Positions 50,901 to 62,360 of a stretch of 64,000 nt of DNA are shown here, one piece after another. The notes beneath the pieces were generated by a model that saw only the letters and a list, made by a program, of their open reading frames with translations, was not told the DNA's origin and made no database searches. Origin of the DNA: Podarcis filfolensis (taxonomy: Eukaryota); NCBI GenBank assembly GCA_964270895.1, contig OZ185437.1. One strand, written 5' to 3'. Every line of letters starts with the position of its first letter. Within the stretch, counting starts at the first letter, position 1. A program made the translations under genes and the position numbers.

Positions 50901-52387
50901 TACAGTAGTACACGTTAAAAGAAAATTGTGTTGCTTTTATTAGAGCTCTTTACATGCTCATGTCAAAAGCAGGTAGTACACAAGAAGTATGACACCACTG
51001 AAGGAAATCTAGGGCATTTTCACATCTGAACCTTAACTTGAATTGTGCATTAAAGGTCCACTGTACACTATAATTTGCGTGGCTTAGAGTGTTAAGCTAA
51101 ATTTGGTTTAGAATATAGCTTTGATTTGAGAAGCCCAAATGCTATTTGTAATATTATGGCTGAAAATTGTCCACTGTATAGACAGTTCTATACCATAGTT
51201 GCACACTACCCTGTTTGATAGTGCATCAGTCACCATTTGATCAATGGGAAGCTGAGGTTGGGAGAGAATGACCTGTGTGATACACTCAAATGAATAAATA
51301 GCCCAAGTGCAAATTATATTCCGTTTGCATCCAAAGTTCTCCTGCTGGAACAAGCTGGCTCTTACCTACTAAAAGTCCAATTATGGTGGACAAAATGGAA
51401 GGGGGGGAAATACTATATGAGTGAAGGTTGGTACCAAAAGCAAAGTAGGAAAGGAAACATTTGAATAGCTATTGAAACATAAATCATGCAATGAATTCAG
51501 AACACAAAAGTTATATTTAGCTAGAACCAGTGTCATACAGTATCATGAGGAGATCATTTGTATTTACTAACAATATGTGCATTCAGAATCCTGAAGCCTA
51601 ATAGATTACCCTGAGCAAATCAATGTCTGTGATTTTCTTGACAATCTGTGAGGTAGGTTAGAATGAGAGATAAAGATTTGGCCAAGGTCACCCAATGACC
51701 TTTATGGCAGAATTAAGGATTTGAAAAGGAATGAACACCCAAGTTCTATCTTGCACACTCCAATGACTCTAGTTGTAACTCTGAGAACAGCATATTTGGA
51801 GTGATCCCATTTGACAATATGTGAGGTAGGTTAGAGAGAAATTAGGTAATACCAATATGCTGCTTTTTTAGTTCCTTGGATGAAGGGTGAGATACAAAGG
51901 GGATGAATAAAATATAGTGGGACCATTATATTGTAAATTTGAAGGATACATGAAGATAGTCGCCAAACTGTTAGGATTTTTCCCTTACCCAAAGAAATAA
52001 TACACTTTAGGTACATATATTTACTACTGTAAATGCAACATGGATTCATTCTCAGTTTTTTAAAAAACAGGGACATATGGCTGGATGTTAATGCTGGGAT
52101 GAACCCTATTTAATATCAGCATTAACTCTTTAGAAGCAGTTGCTATTGTAGTGACATCTGGAAGAAACCTTTAAATAGATTATTTTCTAACCTGGATGAA
52201 GGATTCATCCAGCATTTGTAGCCAATACAAATATTGTTGTTGTGTTTTTTTTAAAAGTATTAGTTTTGTGAATATAAATAAAAGCCATAAACAACCATTC
52301 AGGAAGTAAATAGTCCATAAGTAAGTAGCAGAAAGCTACTGTTTTCCAGAAGGAAACATAAATGCCATCTTTATTCATACAAGATTG

Positions 52388-53020
52388 GTTGGCATCCACC
52401 TGGAAGAGTACACCTTCGGGGGTGAAGTCAAACTGTTGGAGAGTTACAGTGCTTTCTGTGGCTGAAGAGTATGATCCGGGAGAGACCTGTTTTGTTGCAG
52501 CTGGGGCAGGTGAAGGCGTCCAGTTCTGCTGATACCAGTGTACTACGGTGTTTCTTCTTTCTGCACTCCTCCCAGCGGACATTCCTCCCCTCACTGCTGT
52601 GGTTACATGACCTGACTGGTTGTCTCTAGGTACTGCAGTTGTCAGCAAGGGATTCCCAGCCTTCATATCACATTTGCAGACATCTCTGTAATACAGAGTT
52701 GGTCTGCCAATTGGCCTGTTGCCTGAAGCTAGCATGTGCTTGGGGATCCTGCCATCTTCCATTCTGTAGACATGACCAAGCCAGCGTAGACGTCACTGTG
52801 ACAGGAGTGCAAACATGCTGGGAATGTGTGCTTGGGAGGCACATCTGTGTTTGAGACTCCGTCCTGCCATTAGATGCAATGCAGGTGGAAGGCACTGATA
52901 TGTCACTCCTGGCGGGTGTAAGTTGCCCACGACTCACTTCCACAAAGCAGTGTGCTTGACATTCAAGCCTGGTAGACCTTCATCTTGGTATTGGTCATTG
53001 GCATCACATTCTCTCATACG
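52388..53020 (-). mobile_element. Decayed RTE-clade LINE 3' fragment (non-BovB)
   Basis: Minus strand translates TNTKMKVYQA..., a WQDRVSNTDV-like stretch, then MEDGRIPKHMLASGNRPIGRPTLYYRDVCKCDMKAGN. Confidence 0.85.
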
Positions 53021-53627
53021 TTTTGGAGAGACTAGCCATAAATTCCCATGAGGGAAAGACAGGTGAAAATTATATTCTGTTCTTGCAGGAGAGGTAATAA
53101 AGCTACTCCAGACATAAGATATTACCACCTGAATTCAACATATTTCAGTGGCTTCATTTGGGAACATCACAATAGAAAACAAGAGGAATTAGTTGGGGGG
53201 GGAATTATGAATTATATGTTCATTGGAACCATTAGAAAGTTTAATTAAAATGTCTTGGCGAGAATATGCCAGAAATCCAGAAAATGAATATCACACACAA
53301 GAAGCCGAGATCAGCCATTGTCTGACATGGAACAGTTTGTGCTCTCAGTTCTTTGTCTTTTAGAGCTGACAGTGGCCACAATCAAACACAGAGATGCTTA
53401 ACCTCAATAGTTTTCTTTGACTTAAGAGTGCTTAACTCTGTGTTGGATTGCGGCCAATGCAGCCTTGCAATTCACATTCTTCTGTGAGTTAAAAACTGTG
53501 CCCGTGCTTTTAAGAAGGAAAAGTTCCAGTGCAAACTGGATGCATGTTCCAGTTTCCCTTTCTATAGGCAATTAGATATGATGGTCTCTCAAACAGCAAT
53601 AGGTTCTGGAACTATATGAAGCTAGAC

Positions 53628-53770
53628 CAGGGGGTAGCCAGATATTACTGGACTACAACTCCTGTCATTGCTCACCATTGAATCCATGTTATATGGGTTG
53701 CTATACCACCTGGGGCTGATGGGAATTATAGTCCAACAACTTCTGAAGAGTACCATGTTTGCTACCACTG
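53628..53770. mobile_element. hAT-like palindromic MITE
   Basis: TIRs cagggggtagc / gctaccactg; actacaactcc...gggaattatagtcc arms. Confidence 0.7.
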
Positions 53771-54138
53771 GACTATACTGTATTTGCATGTCACAAAGAC
53801 AACTTCTTCTGAACAGGAAAAAATAGATAAAAACTATTTTCAGCTACTGCTCAGCATTTCTTTGTGGCATGTACAGAAGATGTGGGTATTCGTCTTACAC
53901 ATTACATCAATGAGTGTATATTTGAGAACTGCAGTGAACTTCAAGAGGTGACAATGGCCTGCAGTACTGAAGACCTTACCATCTAAAGTGAGGATCCAAG
54001 GCATGTCTGGCATCAGGGGTGGGCACAGGGAGGTAACGGCTGAGGCCAATAGTCCAGTAGAGGGCTCACTACCAAAACTGGATCCTGGATTTGCCACTGC
54101 TCCTCAAGGCTGTTGCTGCCTCTCCAATTGCTCTCTCC

Positions 54139-54218
54139 GAGTAATCTCTACACACTTTGTCCACCCTCTCTCTCTCTGTGTGTGAGTAATCTCTACACAC
54201 TTTGTCCACCCTCTCTCT

Positions 54219-54259
<41 letters not shown>
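54139..54259. repeat. 45-bp-period tandem duplication followed by (GT)n
   Basis: gagtaatctctacacactttgtccaccctctctct starts at 54139 and again at 54184; (GT)n at ~54225-54259. Confidence 0.9.
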
Positions 54260-54260
<1 letters not shown>

Positions 54261-56301
54261 ACTGAGCCTAGAGGGAGAGGCAATAGGCAGCAGAAATTTT
54301 AATGAGGAGGAGGTGTGTGCCCCTGGGTTAGAAGGCCATGAGAGCAGCTTGATGAAGCTCCCCCTCCTCCCCCCCAAAAAACTGGAATTGGGAATGATCC
54401 CCCAAACCATGCACCAGTTATGTGGTCCCAAGGGGTTTTATATTTCTTTTCCTTTAAGAGGGTGTTTCAAAAATTATTTGCGAAATCTTAAGTCCAAAAT
54501 CCCATTGAGCTATTGCAGGTGCCTTGCAGGAGTCTAAAGAGCTCTTGGGATCCTGGCCCAAGTACTTTTTCCTGTTAATAACTGTGTGTACTGAAAACGC
54601 CTTGCTATCATCAGCCATCTTCAAAGCATAGGATCCTTTCACACCATTTCATAGGTTTCCCCTTTCCAGCAATAAAAAAAGGATGCTATAAAAGTCATGA
54701 TTTAAATGATATATCACAATTTTATAGACTTGAAAGTTAATTTTGCCTAGAAACATTTTATGGATGTTGGAAACAAAGAGCAGGGGGAAGTAAGGTTTGC
54801 TGAGATCAAAAACTTTCTTTCCCTAGAGAGATTTAAAGCTCCCTCCTCTCCTCCCTCCCCCCCCCCCCGTTCTTTGCTATGGTATGTTGTGAGCACAATC
54901 ACCCCAAGATGAAGTCTACAATATCGAAAGATTAACAGGGGGGGGAATGCTTGTAAAGGGATGGATTTTAGCTGTTCCGTGAATAAAAGAGATTATGTTC
55001 AGTTTCTACTACAAGGGAAGTATAGGAGCAGCTAGCCGAGCTGTTTTGCTTAATTAGTTTCATTACAAGATGCACTAAGACTATTAGGTGAATATTAGGC
55101 TGTTTCTAGGTTTGAAATGGACAGATGTTAGCAAGATTAAATCAAAATGCTCTTCACTCCCATAAAGGCTTTTATATGCTCAAAGGAGCTCAACACTTCA
55201 TTTTCTCTAGACATTCCCCGGTTTCTAAACATCACTATAAATCTCTCTTACTGGGAGTTAAATTGTGCTGCTCATCTCATTGACTTAAAAGGCCTCATTG
55301 GTCTCATTAGTCCAACAAACAGGATTTGCTCCCCCTTGTCTCACTCTTAAAGTCTGGTCATTTCTCCTCTTGAAATGTTTATTTACCTAGTTCCCTGCTA
55401 AATGCCAATCTGATTTTCATCCTAGCTGAACTGTGGCTATTGCATAAACATTACAGTAAAATATTTGCTACACTCCATAGAAAGCGGAAGATGATTGCTA
55501 AAATAAACATGAACCATATGAAGTTGTGAAGGTTGCTCTTTGTATTTTTCCCTCCCTGAGGAAGATGGAATTACAAATGTAGAAAAACTCCTGAACTTAA
55601 GAGGTCAAAAAAGAAGAAAAAGAAGAAGTAATCAATAGTAGAACTGACAAGAATAAATATGTTCCTTAGAATTATGATGATATTATTACAACATATAAGG
55701 AGTTTAGCTTAATATGCCTTCTTATCACTACCTCATCAACTTTCATAAAGGTAGCTCTTCAATGAAGTATCAGCATTGTGAAATACTGAAAGCTTGAGGT
55801 GTCAACAGGAGAAGTAACTCGAATACAATGTAATCACTGAAACATTAACTGTAAGCAATTATATGCATAAAGTTATTGTATCGTGCATGCCACTTTTTGC
55901 CATTATGTGCAATTATAAGTAGCCTTAACCAAACAAAAGTTGGCAAGTATTTGCTATAACTAAACACCATACACATTTGAGTGAATATGTATAGGATTGT
56001 TTTGTAAATGTGCAATCCTAAACACGCCTAATAACACAATGAGACATGTGTTTAGAAGACGTCTCTATTCAGAAGAGACAAGCAAACAACTTTGCTGCAT
56101 GGGTCTTCTTTAGCAATTCTTTCTTCTTTTTTATTATGGCTGCTGTTTTTCCCTCGTGTTAGGAATAATCAAAGAACAGTAAAACAAACCACCGCCACCC
56201 CAAGAGTGGGTAGATTACTGTGAGGCCAGCAACCCTTAGAACAACACAATTCTAATCACTTATCCAAATGAATAAACAAATAGTTTAAAAAAAAAATTAA
56301 G

Positions 56302-56402
56302 CAGAGGTTGGTTGGCCATCTGTCATGTATGAGATTCCTGCAGGGGTTTGGACTAGATGACCCTTGGGGTTCCTTCCAACTCTACGATTCTATGAGTCTA
56401 TG
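56302..56402 (+). mobile_element. CR1 LINE 3' terminus
   Basis: cagaggttggttggccatctgtcatg...ggactagatgacccttggggttccttccaactctacgattctatg. Confidence 0.8.
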
Positions 56403-58454
56403 AAATTTACATTAGTTAGAAAATACTGTAGTGTGAGGGAGGTTCTATCACATCTTCTTTAGCTGTAGACATAATAAATATATACCAATCTGTTTTAAAT
56501 GTTGATCGTTTCATTTCAAACCCATCTCAAACTTTAGTTTCTTAGTCATTTTTTCTATCAAAGCTAACTGCCTTACAGTATTTTTTTTAATGTCATCTGG
56601 CAATGAATGCTGCTTTTACCTTTACCCAATGCTGCTTCCAGAAATGTCCAAATACCTTTCTACTACTAACCTAGCTGCCAACAATAACTGGCCAATAAGA
56701 TGTTGGTAGCCATGGTGAAAAATGAAGCAGGCCAGTTTTTATTTCAGATAAATTAATCCAGAATACCTTTTTCTTTGTTACCACCCATCATGAGCTCTAG
56801 CTGCACCAGCAACTGGCATGCAGCCCATGACAGACTATTCCTAAGATAATGTGGCCCTCAACAGACAAAAATGCTGCCCTTGCCTTTGCTAGAAAATACA
56901 GATTTTAAGTTTCAATACATTATTGCATTGTAATGTAAAAAATCTCTTAACTAAACTGAGTCTTCTTTTCAGCTCACCCTAGAAATAGAGGTGGATTTTG
57001 GATCAGGACTTAGGGTTGAGTAGATTTGTATTTAGTGAGTATTTGGCTTTCAAGAATGTTTCAAGTGTAAGGTGACTAAATAACACCTTGTGGTCTTGGG
57101 GTGCAAAGCAGCAAAACAAATAAACCCAACTGGTAGCAGCTAAAATGATTATTAACCTATTATTAACCAGCTGTCGTTCACATGAAAACAAAACAAGAGG
57201 AGACACTAGCATATTGTAAGATAATTGCCTTGAAAAGTAAGCCAATGAAAGATGTGGAATTATCAGGCATGTTTCTTTTCTTTTTTTGCATGTTTACACA
57301 CACACACACGTGCACACACACACACAGCGCATTCAAAATCCTTCAGTGAAATACACCATAAAAAGCTTAAAAATAATTTATGTCTGTGCATTTTAATAAA
57401 ATATAATGCTTTGAAAAGATTGGTTACATTTTGCCTAGCAGAGAGTGTGGTGCAGTGACCATCAGGTTTTGTTAAATGATTAATGCTATTAAATGATTAA
57501 ATCTTTTGAAGTACCAATTCCTGCTGAGTATAAACAGAAGGTGAAACACTTTTAAATCAATTACCTGATGATAGTGGAATAATCTTCTTACTTTAATCAA
57601 AGCAATTACTGTATGTCAAGGCTATTCATTTAAAAGGTTTCCAGGATCAGACCCTCTCTTCCTCGGGTGCTCAAACTCACACTTTCAGTGATAGAATAAA
57701 CATTTTCTGTATATTTTCTGCATTATGTCTGAAAATAATAAGTGATATATTCCGGAGAGTGGGATAGCAAATGTATGAGTTCATCTGCCACTAGCCTGGT
57801 TGAAAGTATTTTAGCCAGTGTCAAAAGTACTGTGAAATTAGTGCCTTAAGCCCAAAGGGGATTTTGACACGATGACATCCACCCACATGCCACAAGGAAG
57901 ACTGATTTTGAAACTGAAAGAAGTTTCAAAAGCACTTTTGAATGTGGCATAAGTGGAATAAACTGGTGCACTGAGAAGACTGCAAGGCTGCATACAGCAG
58001 CTCACCCACTCATACTTGGGTCAAGTTACCAACAAAATTCTAGCACTGTAGACAGTTTCCTGTGAGCACAATCCAATGAATAAATATCCTAATCAAAATA
58101 AGAAAGTTTTTTTTTCTAAAAATCTTTGTGTGAGCCCAAGCAGTTCTTTATTATAGGTATTCCATACATCAGTGCACGTAAAGCAGAGGTGTAGAATCAA
58201 GTGGTGCTGCTGATGCAGTTTAAGAGTGAGAGCACAATACAAGAATTACCAGCAATGAATTGCTCATTAGGTGACATGTAGGTGGGAAGCACAAACCAAA
58301 ATATCATGATGCTCCTACCACTTTTCCATAACTATACATAATGACTTATAATGCAACTGGAAAATTAGCGTAGAGCACTGAACATATTGTGAAGTTCTTA
58401 TTGCTTGCAATAAATTGCTAACTAACTTTCCCCTGTTGATCTCTTTTTCTTTCT

Positions 58455-58645
58455 CCCAGGGATCTTGACAAATATTGCCGAGAGTGTTCCTGTTGCAAAC
58501 TTGTGCTATGGGTTTCTACAGGGCACTGTTTTGCCTCCAAGTATATTTAACAATTTATAAAACAATTTAATCCTCTGTGAAAAGGCTCACCTTGAAAGCA
58601 TCATCATTAGTGTCTCTTCAATATGACCCCAGTATTTTCTTTAAA
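58455..58645 (+). mobile_element. Decayed L2/CR1-type RT fragment
   Basis: ESVPVANLCYGFLQGTVLPPSIFNNL resembles the RT motif (C)YGVPQGSILSPMLFNIY. Confidence 0.6.
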
Positions 58646-60054
58646 AAGCAACTCCTTAAAAAAAAAAATAAAACCATGAAGTGAAGAGATTCGCAAGTGC
58701 TGAAACTCCCTGATCTGCCTGCTCTCGCTCATCATCACCTGTTATAGCCTGAAGCATTTGTAACATTCACTAGGATCCCCCCCCCCCCGCGCACACACAC
58801 ACACTGCCAATTACTTACAGCCCAGGCCAGTTTAATAACCACCTGAAAAGAGAAGCGGCCTGCCAGAGAGGCCAGTCACCTTTCACCTGCAGAGCCCTTG
58901 TTCCCCTGTCCACCCTGAACCATTAGCTCTCCTTAGCAGAAGAAAACACAGGGGTATATTGTATTCTCCTGAATCCATTCATCAAAGGCAAGGTGGGTTC
59001 TCCTCTGTGAAGTGAGGTGATCTATTCTTCTTTCCTATCTCTTACTGTAACCATAGGAACTGCTGAAGAAGTTATTGCAGCAGTAAAATGGCAGGAGGGA
59101 AGGACGGGAGTTTCAGTTTCCCAGTTCCTATAATAAGAGACTGAGATCACTGAGAAAAGCAGAGGCCAAACATTTCAAGATCTGTATCTGAACTACCAGT
59201 GGTTTCTTGGCTGTTTGCAATTAAAATACTATAAACCTCTTCACTTGCTCCTTCTTCCTTATTTGCAAGCTTGCTTCTGCCGGCACCTGGATTGCTCTTT
59301 GTGGCAGATGGCAGGTGGAAGTTCTTGCCTCACTATGTGAGAATGTGATGGCTTTGACAATCTTCTAGTCCCTTCCAACTCTATAAACACCACGCTATAC
59401 ATAGTGTATATAGGCCTGTAGCTTCAGTTTACTGTTTTATCCTTCTGTCCAACCCAGCTTCCTAAAATCATTCCATATTTTATTAACATTCACTCTCTTC
59501 CCTTTAATTACTCTGCACATTCGCCCAAACGTATGACAATGCACTGAGAGCAAGATGCAGCACTCTCTGTTTCAAGAGCTGAGACTGACAAGTTGGCTAG
59601 CAACATGTAATGCACTTTTACAGCTGAAAATATTTTGGAAGTTAACGATCATATGACAAAAATGTATAAGTTAATGAAGTTGTCTGGAAATTCTTTGGCA
59701 GGACACATTAGCAGACATGTCAGAAATTCTTTGGGTTTTCTTTGCCAACGGACTTGCTCACTTAACATGCAAATCAGGCCCTTTTTACACAGGTTTGAGA
59801 GGTCTGAACAATTTGGTTTTACCTTGCAATATTCATGCAGGGAAATTGCTATCAGGAATATGCACTCTATTTGCTTAGACTGCTATTTACTACATCGTCC
59901 GAAATGAGTTTTTAAAATGGTATAGGCAAACCACTCTTTCTCATAAAAAGTAACGCCCATCAGCTGGATCCAGAGGTTGGAGGGCAGATTCTACATCAGG
60001 TATTGACTTGTAAAAAAATATAAACAATCATTTTCTCAATGACAATTTACTTAC

Positions 60055-60139
60055 CAATGGTATGGATGTAGCCATATGGTAAGCCAGACATCTGCAGTCT
60101 CCTACAAGTGCTAAGGAACAGCTCACCACACTTCGACCC
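60055..60139 (-). other. Putative second exon (85 nt)
   Basis: Acceptor ...ttccctgaatttaaaatcag| and donor TTG|GTAAGT; contains ATGs at 60091 and ~60075. Confidence 0.35.
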
Positions 60140-60589
60140 CTGATTTTAAATTCAGGGAAGCAAGGGAAGTGGCAAGGCAAGGTTTTCTCCCTACTTGGCA
60201 GGACAAAACAGTAGTAAAATAGTAGTAATAAAATAGTTAGGCATACACGTGGCTGCATCTGTATGGTTGCCTGTATTCATTCACCCTTCTTTGTGGATGA
60301 TATATATTCTCCCAGAGCCAATTCACACCACAGAACTGCAGAGAAAAGTACGTGGGCTCAGTAGACTGGGGTGAAGGCAAGCTTGGCAAGGCTGCGAAGT
60401 GATGCTCAATAAAGGACCCTCAAAGGTTTGTTATGGATGAAAAACATAACAAAGAAGACTGACTTTCTCTAGCCATAGCTCTGTCGAAAGTGCACATTTG
60501 ATGTGTGTTTGAGGTTTTTAATAGTGAATTCTGTACTGTATGTTCAAAATGAGTAAAATCCTATGGTTGTGCAACTAATGTGGGGGGAG

Positions 60590-61270
60590 CTCCTCACGCT
60601 CCAGTTAGCGAAAAGGCGCGATCCGAAGACTAAGCTTGGCAATCTCTCCCCTCTCCACCGCCTCCGCTCCCACTAGTCCTTGGGAGGTGACAGCGCGCCT
60701 TTTTCCGCCTGATTAAACCAAGCGTCCAACTCGCGTTCTCCTTGATAAGGGGACCCGCGCGCTATTAAGGCCCCTCAAGTCCGATTTCCCGCCCAGGCAG
60801 CGAGGCGCCCCTTGATTGGCCGCCCTCGGCCAAGTTTACAAACCTTCAGGCCGCTTAGCAGAGCCGTTCGCTCCGAATCCCTCTCCGCTCTGCCACTTAC
60901 GTTTCGCGCGAAAAGGTGTAAGGGATTCTCGTCAGCAGCAGGCGGTGAGCGCTATAAACGGCTCTTCCCGCCTCCCACACAAATCGCCCCAGGTCGAGCG
61001 GGTCTTTCTTTCCACCCCACGAGCGTAGAATTTTGGCCTCTTCTTGTTTGCTCGCCCCCTCCCTAACACTATTGGTATGAATGACACGGGGCGTGTATTT
61101 TCCGTCGCAGGGTTGGACCTTGCTCCGTTTACCAAGCGCTCCTCGCTGTTCGCGCGTCTTTTCCCCGCACGTTCTTAGGAAGGAACGCGGGAAGATTTTC
61201 CCGCTTGCCAGGCAATCGCTAGATCAACTTTTCTTTGAAAACAGCAACTGCTACGAGGGGTAGGAATTGC
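60590..61270. promoter_or_regulatory. CpG-island promoter with a cluster of E2F-type sites and a CCAAT box
   Basis: Sharp CpG enrichment; TTTCCCGCC 60785-60793, ATTGG 60815-60819, palindrome TTTCGCGCGAAA 60902-60913, TTCCCGCC 60965-60972, opposed GCGGGAA/TTTCCCGC 61187-61204, TTTGAA (CHR-like) ~61234. Confidence 0.75.
60901..60975 (-). other. Putative non-coding first exon (5' end unknown)
   Basis: Consensus donor AAC|GTAAGT (intron begins at 60900) inside the CpG island. Confidence 0.4.
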
Positions 61271-61929
61271 TTCAAGCCGAAAGGCGTTCAAATAAAGCTA
61301 TTAAAATGATGATGATGATGATGAAGATGATTGGGGGAGGTGCACCGCCCTTTCGAAGCCAGTAAAACACCAGAAGCGCCACTGGGCTGTGGCCCCGTTC
61401 AGGCGCTAAACAGGCACCATGTTATGTCAAGGCTGGATTATGATTATACTGTAATTATAATGATGCAACCGAAGGAAATGGACCAGGCCTGGGTGTGCCA
61501 GCGGCCCTCGATCATCGTTGTTTCACCCTCCGGTGTCTCTGCCCCGGGTGGGTTGGCCGAAAAAATAGCCCTTGCCACCTCACTGACAGAGGAAGGGCTT
61601 GTGTTCAGTCTACCAGACGAGATGACCCTAAAGGCTGCGCCCCACTCGCCCCGGAGCAGCACCCTTGCGATTCCTCTGGCTTGAGACTTGAGGAGATTCC
61701 AGACTAGAAACACCGCGTGGCCGGCGCGCAGAGGCGACAGTGGAGATGGGGAGACGGGGGACCAAAGAGGAGGCGGCTTCATCACAGCACTGCCAATAAG
61801 CTTGCGGGGGAGGGGGGACCTACCGCGGATGTAAAGCAACTTTCAGGCTTGTTTCCTCATCCCCTGGCGCATCCCGGCCACGAGGCTGAACCAAGGACCA
61901 CGGAGCCTTGGCGAATCATTGCCACTGAA

Positions 61930-62053
61930 CAATATCGGGGGGGGGGGAGGGCGCAGGCGCGCCCCCTAAATCAAGTAAATAAATAAGTAAATAAATAAAA
62001 ATACTTAGCTCGGTTCTGCCTCCCCCCCCCTTCCATACCCTGGCTACGCCCAT
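61930..62053 (-). mobile_element. MITE fragment inside the CpG island
   Basis: Ends ccctggctacgcccatg (TIR catgggcgtagcc); related fragment starts at ~38589 (catgggcatagccggggg). Confidence 0.55.
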
Positions 62054-62089
62054 GGATCCGCCGGCGAATCAACTGCGGAGCCGTCCCTT

Positions 62090-62360
62090 GAAATAGACGG
62101 GCTTCTCTCTTCATTTCGGTCCCCTTTAAGAAGTGACATTTTAATGACAACCGCTGGAGTCGTCAGATTGCAAGGGCTTTTGTATTCGCCACATGTTTAT
62201 CGAGCGCTGTCGTTTCTGTTGCCTTTTAATTAGACGCCAATGAGCAGGCTGATAGAACGGAGGGAGCTCCTTTCCCCCTTCCCCGCCTATTTATTTATCT
62301 ATTGTATATGGGCGGGGGGAGTAAAGAACGTGATATAAATATCCAGGTTTCACCCATTCT
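62090..62360 (+). promoter_or_regulatory. Second promoter-like module (CCAAT, GC box, TATA-like)
   Basis: gccaat ~62236, gggcggggg ~62310, gatataaat ~62332 in canonical order; CpG-retaining, non-repetitive context. Confidence 0.45.

Noticed and set aside
51650-51835. let-7-like TGAGGTAG motifs (two copies)
   Set aside because: The sequence is TGAGGTAGGTTAG, the antisense MIR/Squam3 core (ctaacctacctcaca). There is no hairpin or mature let-7 match.
58460-58560. Plus-strand exon after a strong polypyrimidine acceptor
   Set aside because: The translation matches an L2/CR1 RT motif, so it is better explained as a LINE fossil.
61331-61839. 117-aa and 131-aa ORFs in the CpG island
   Set aside because: GC-rich, stop-poor context with a small L2 fragment (VMSRLDY) and no recognisable domain.
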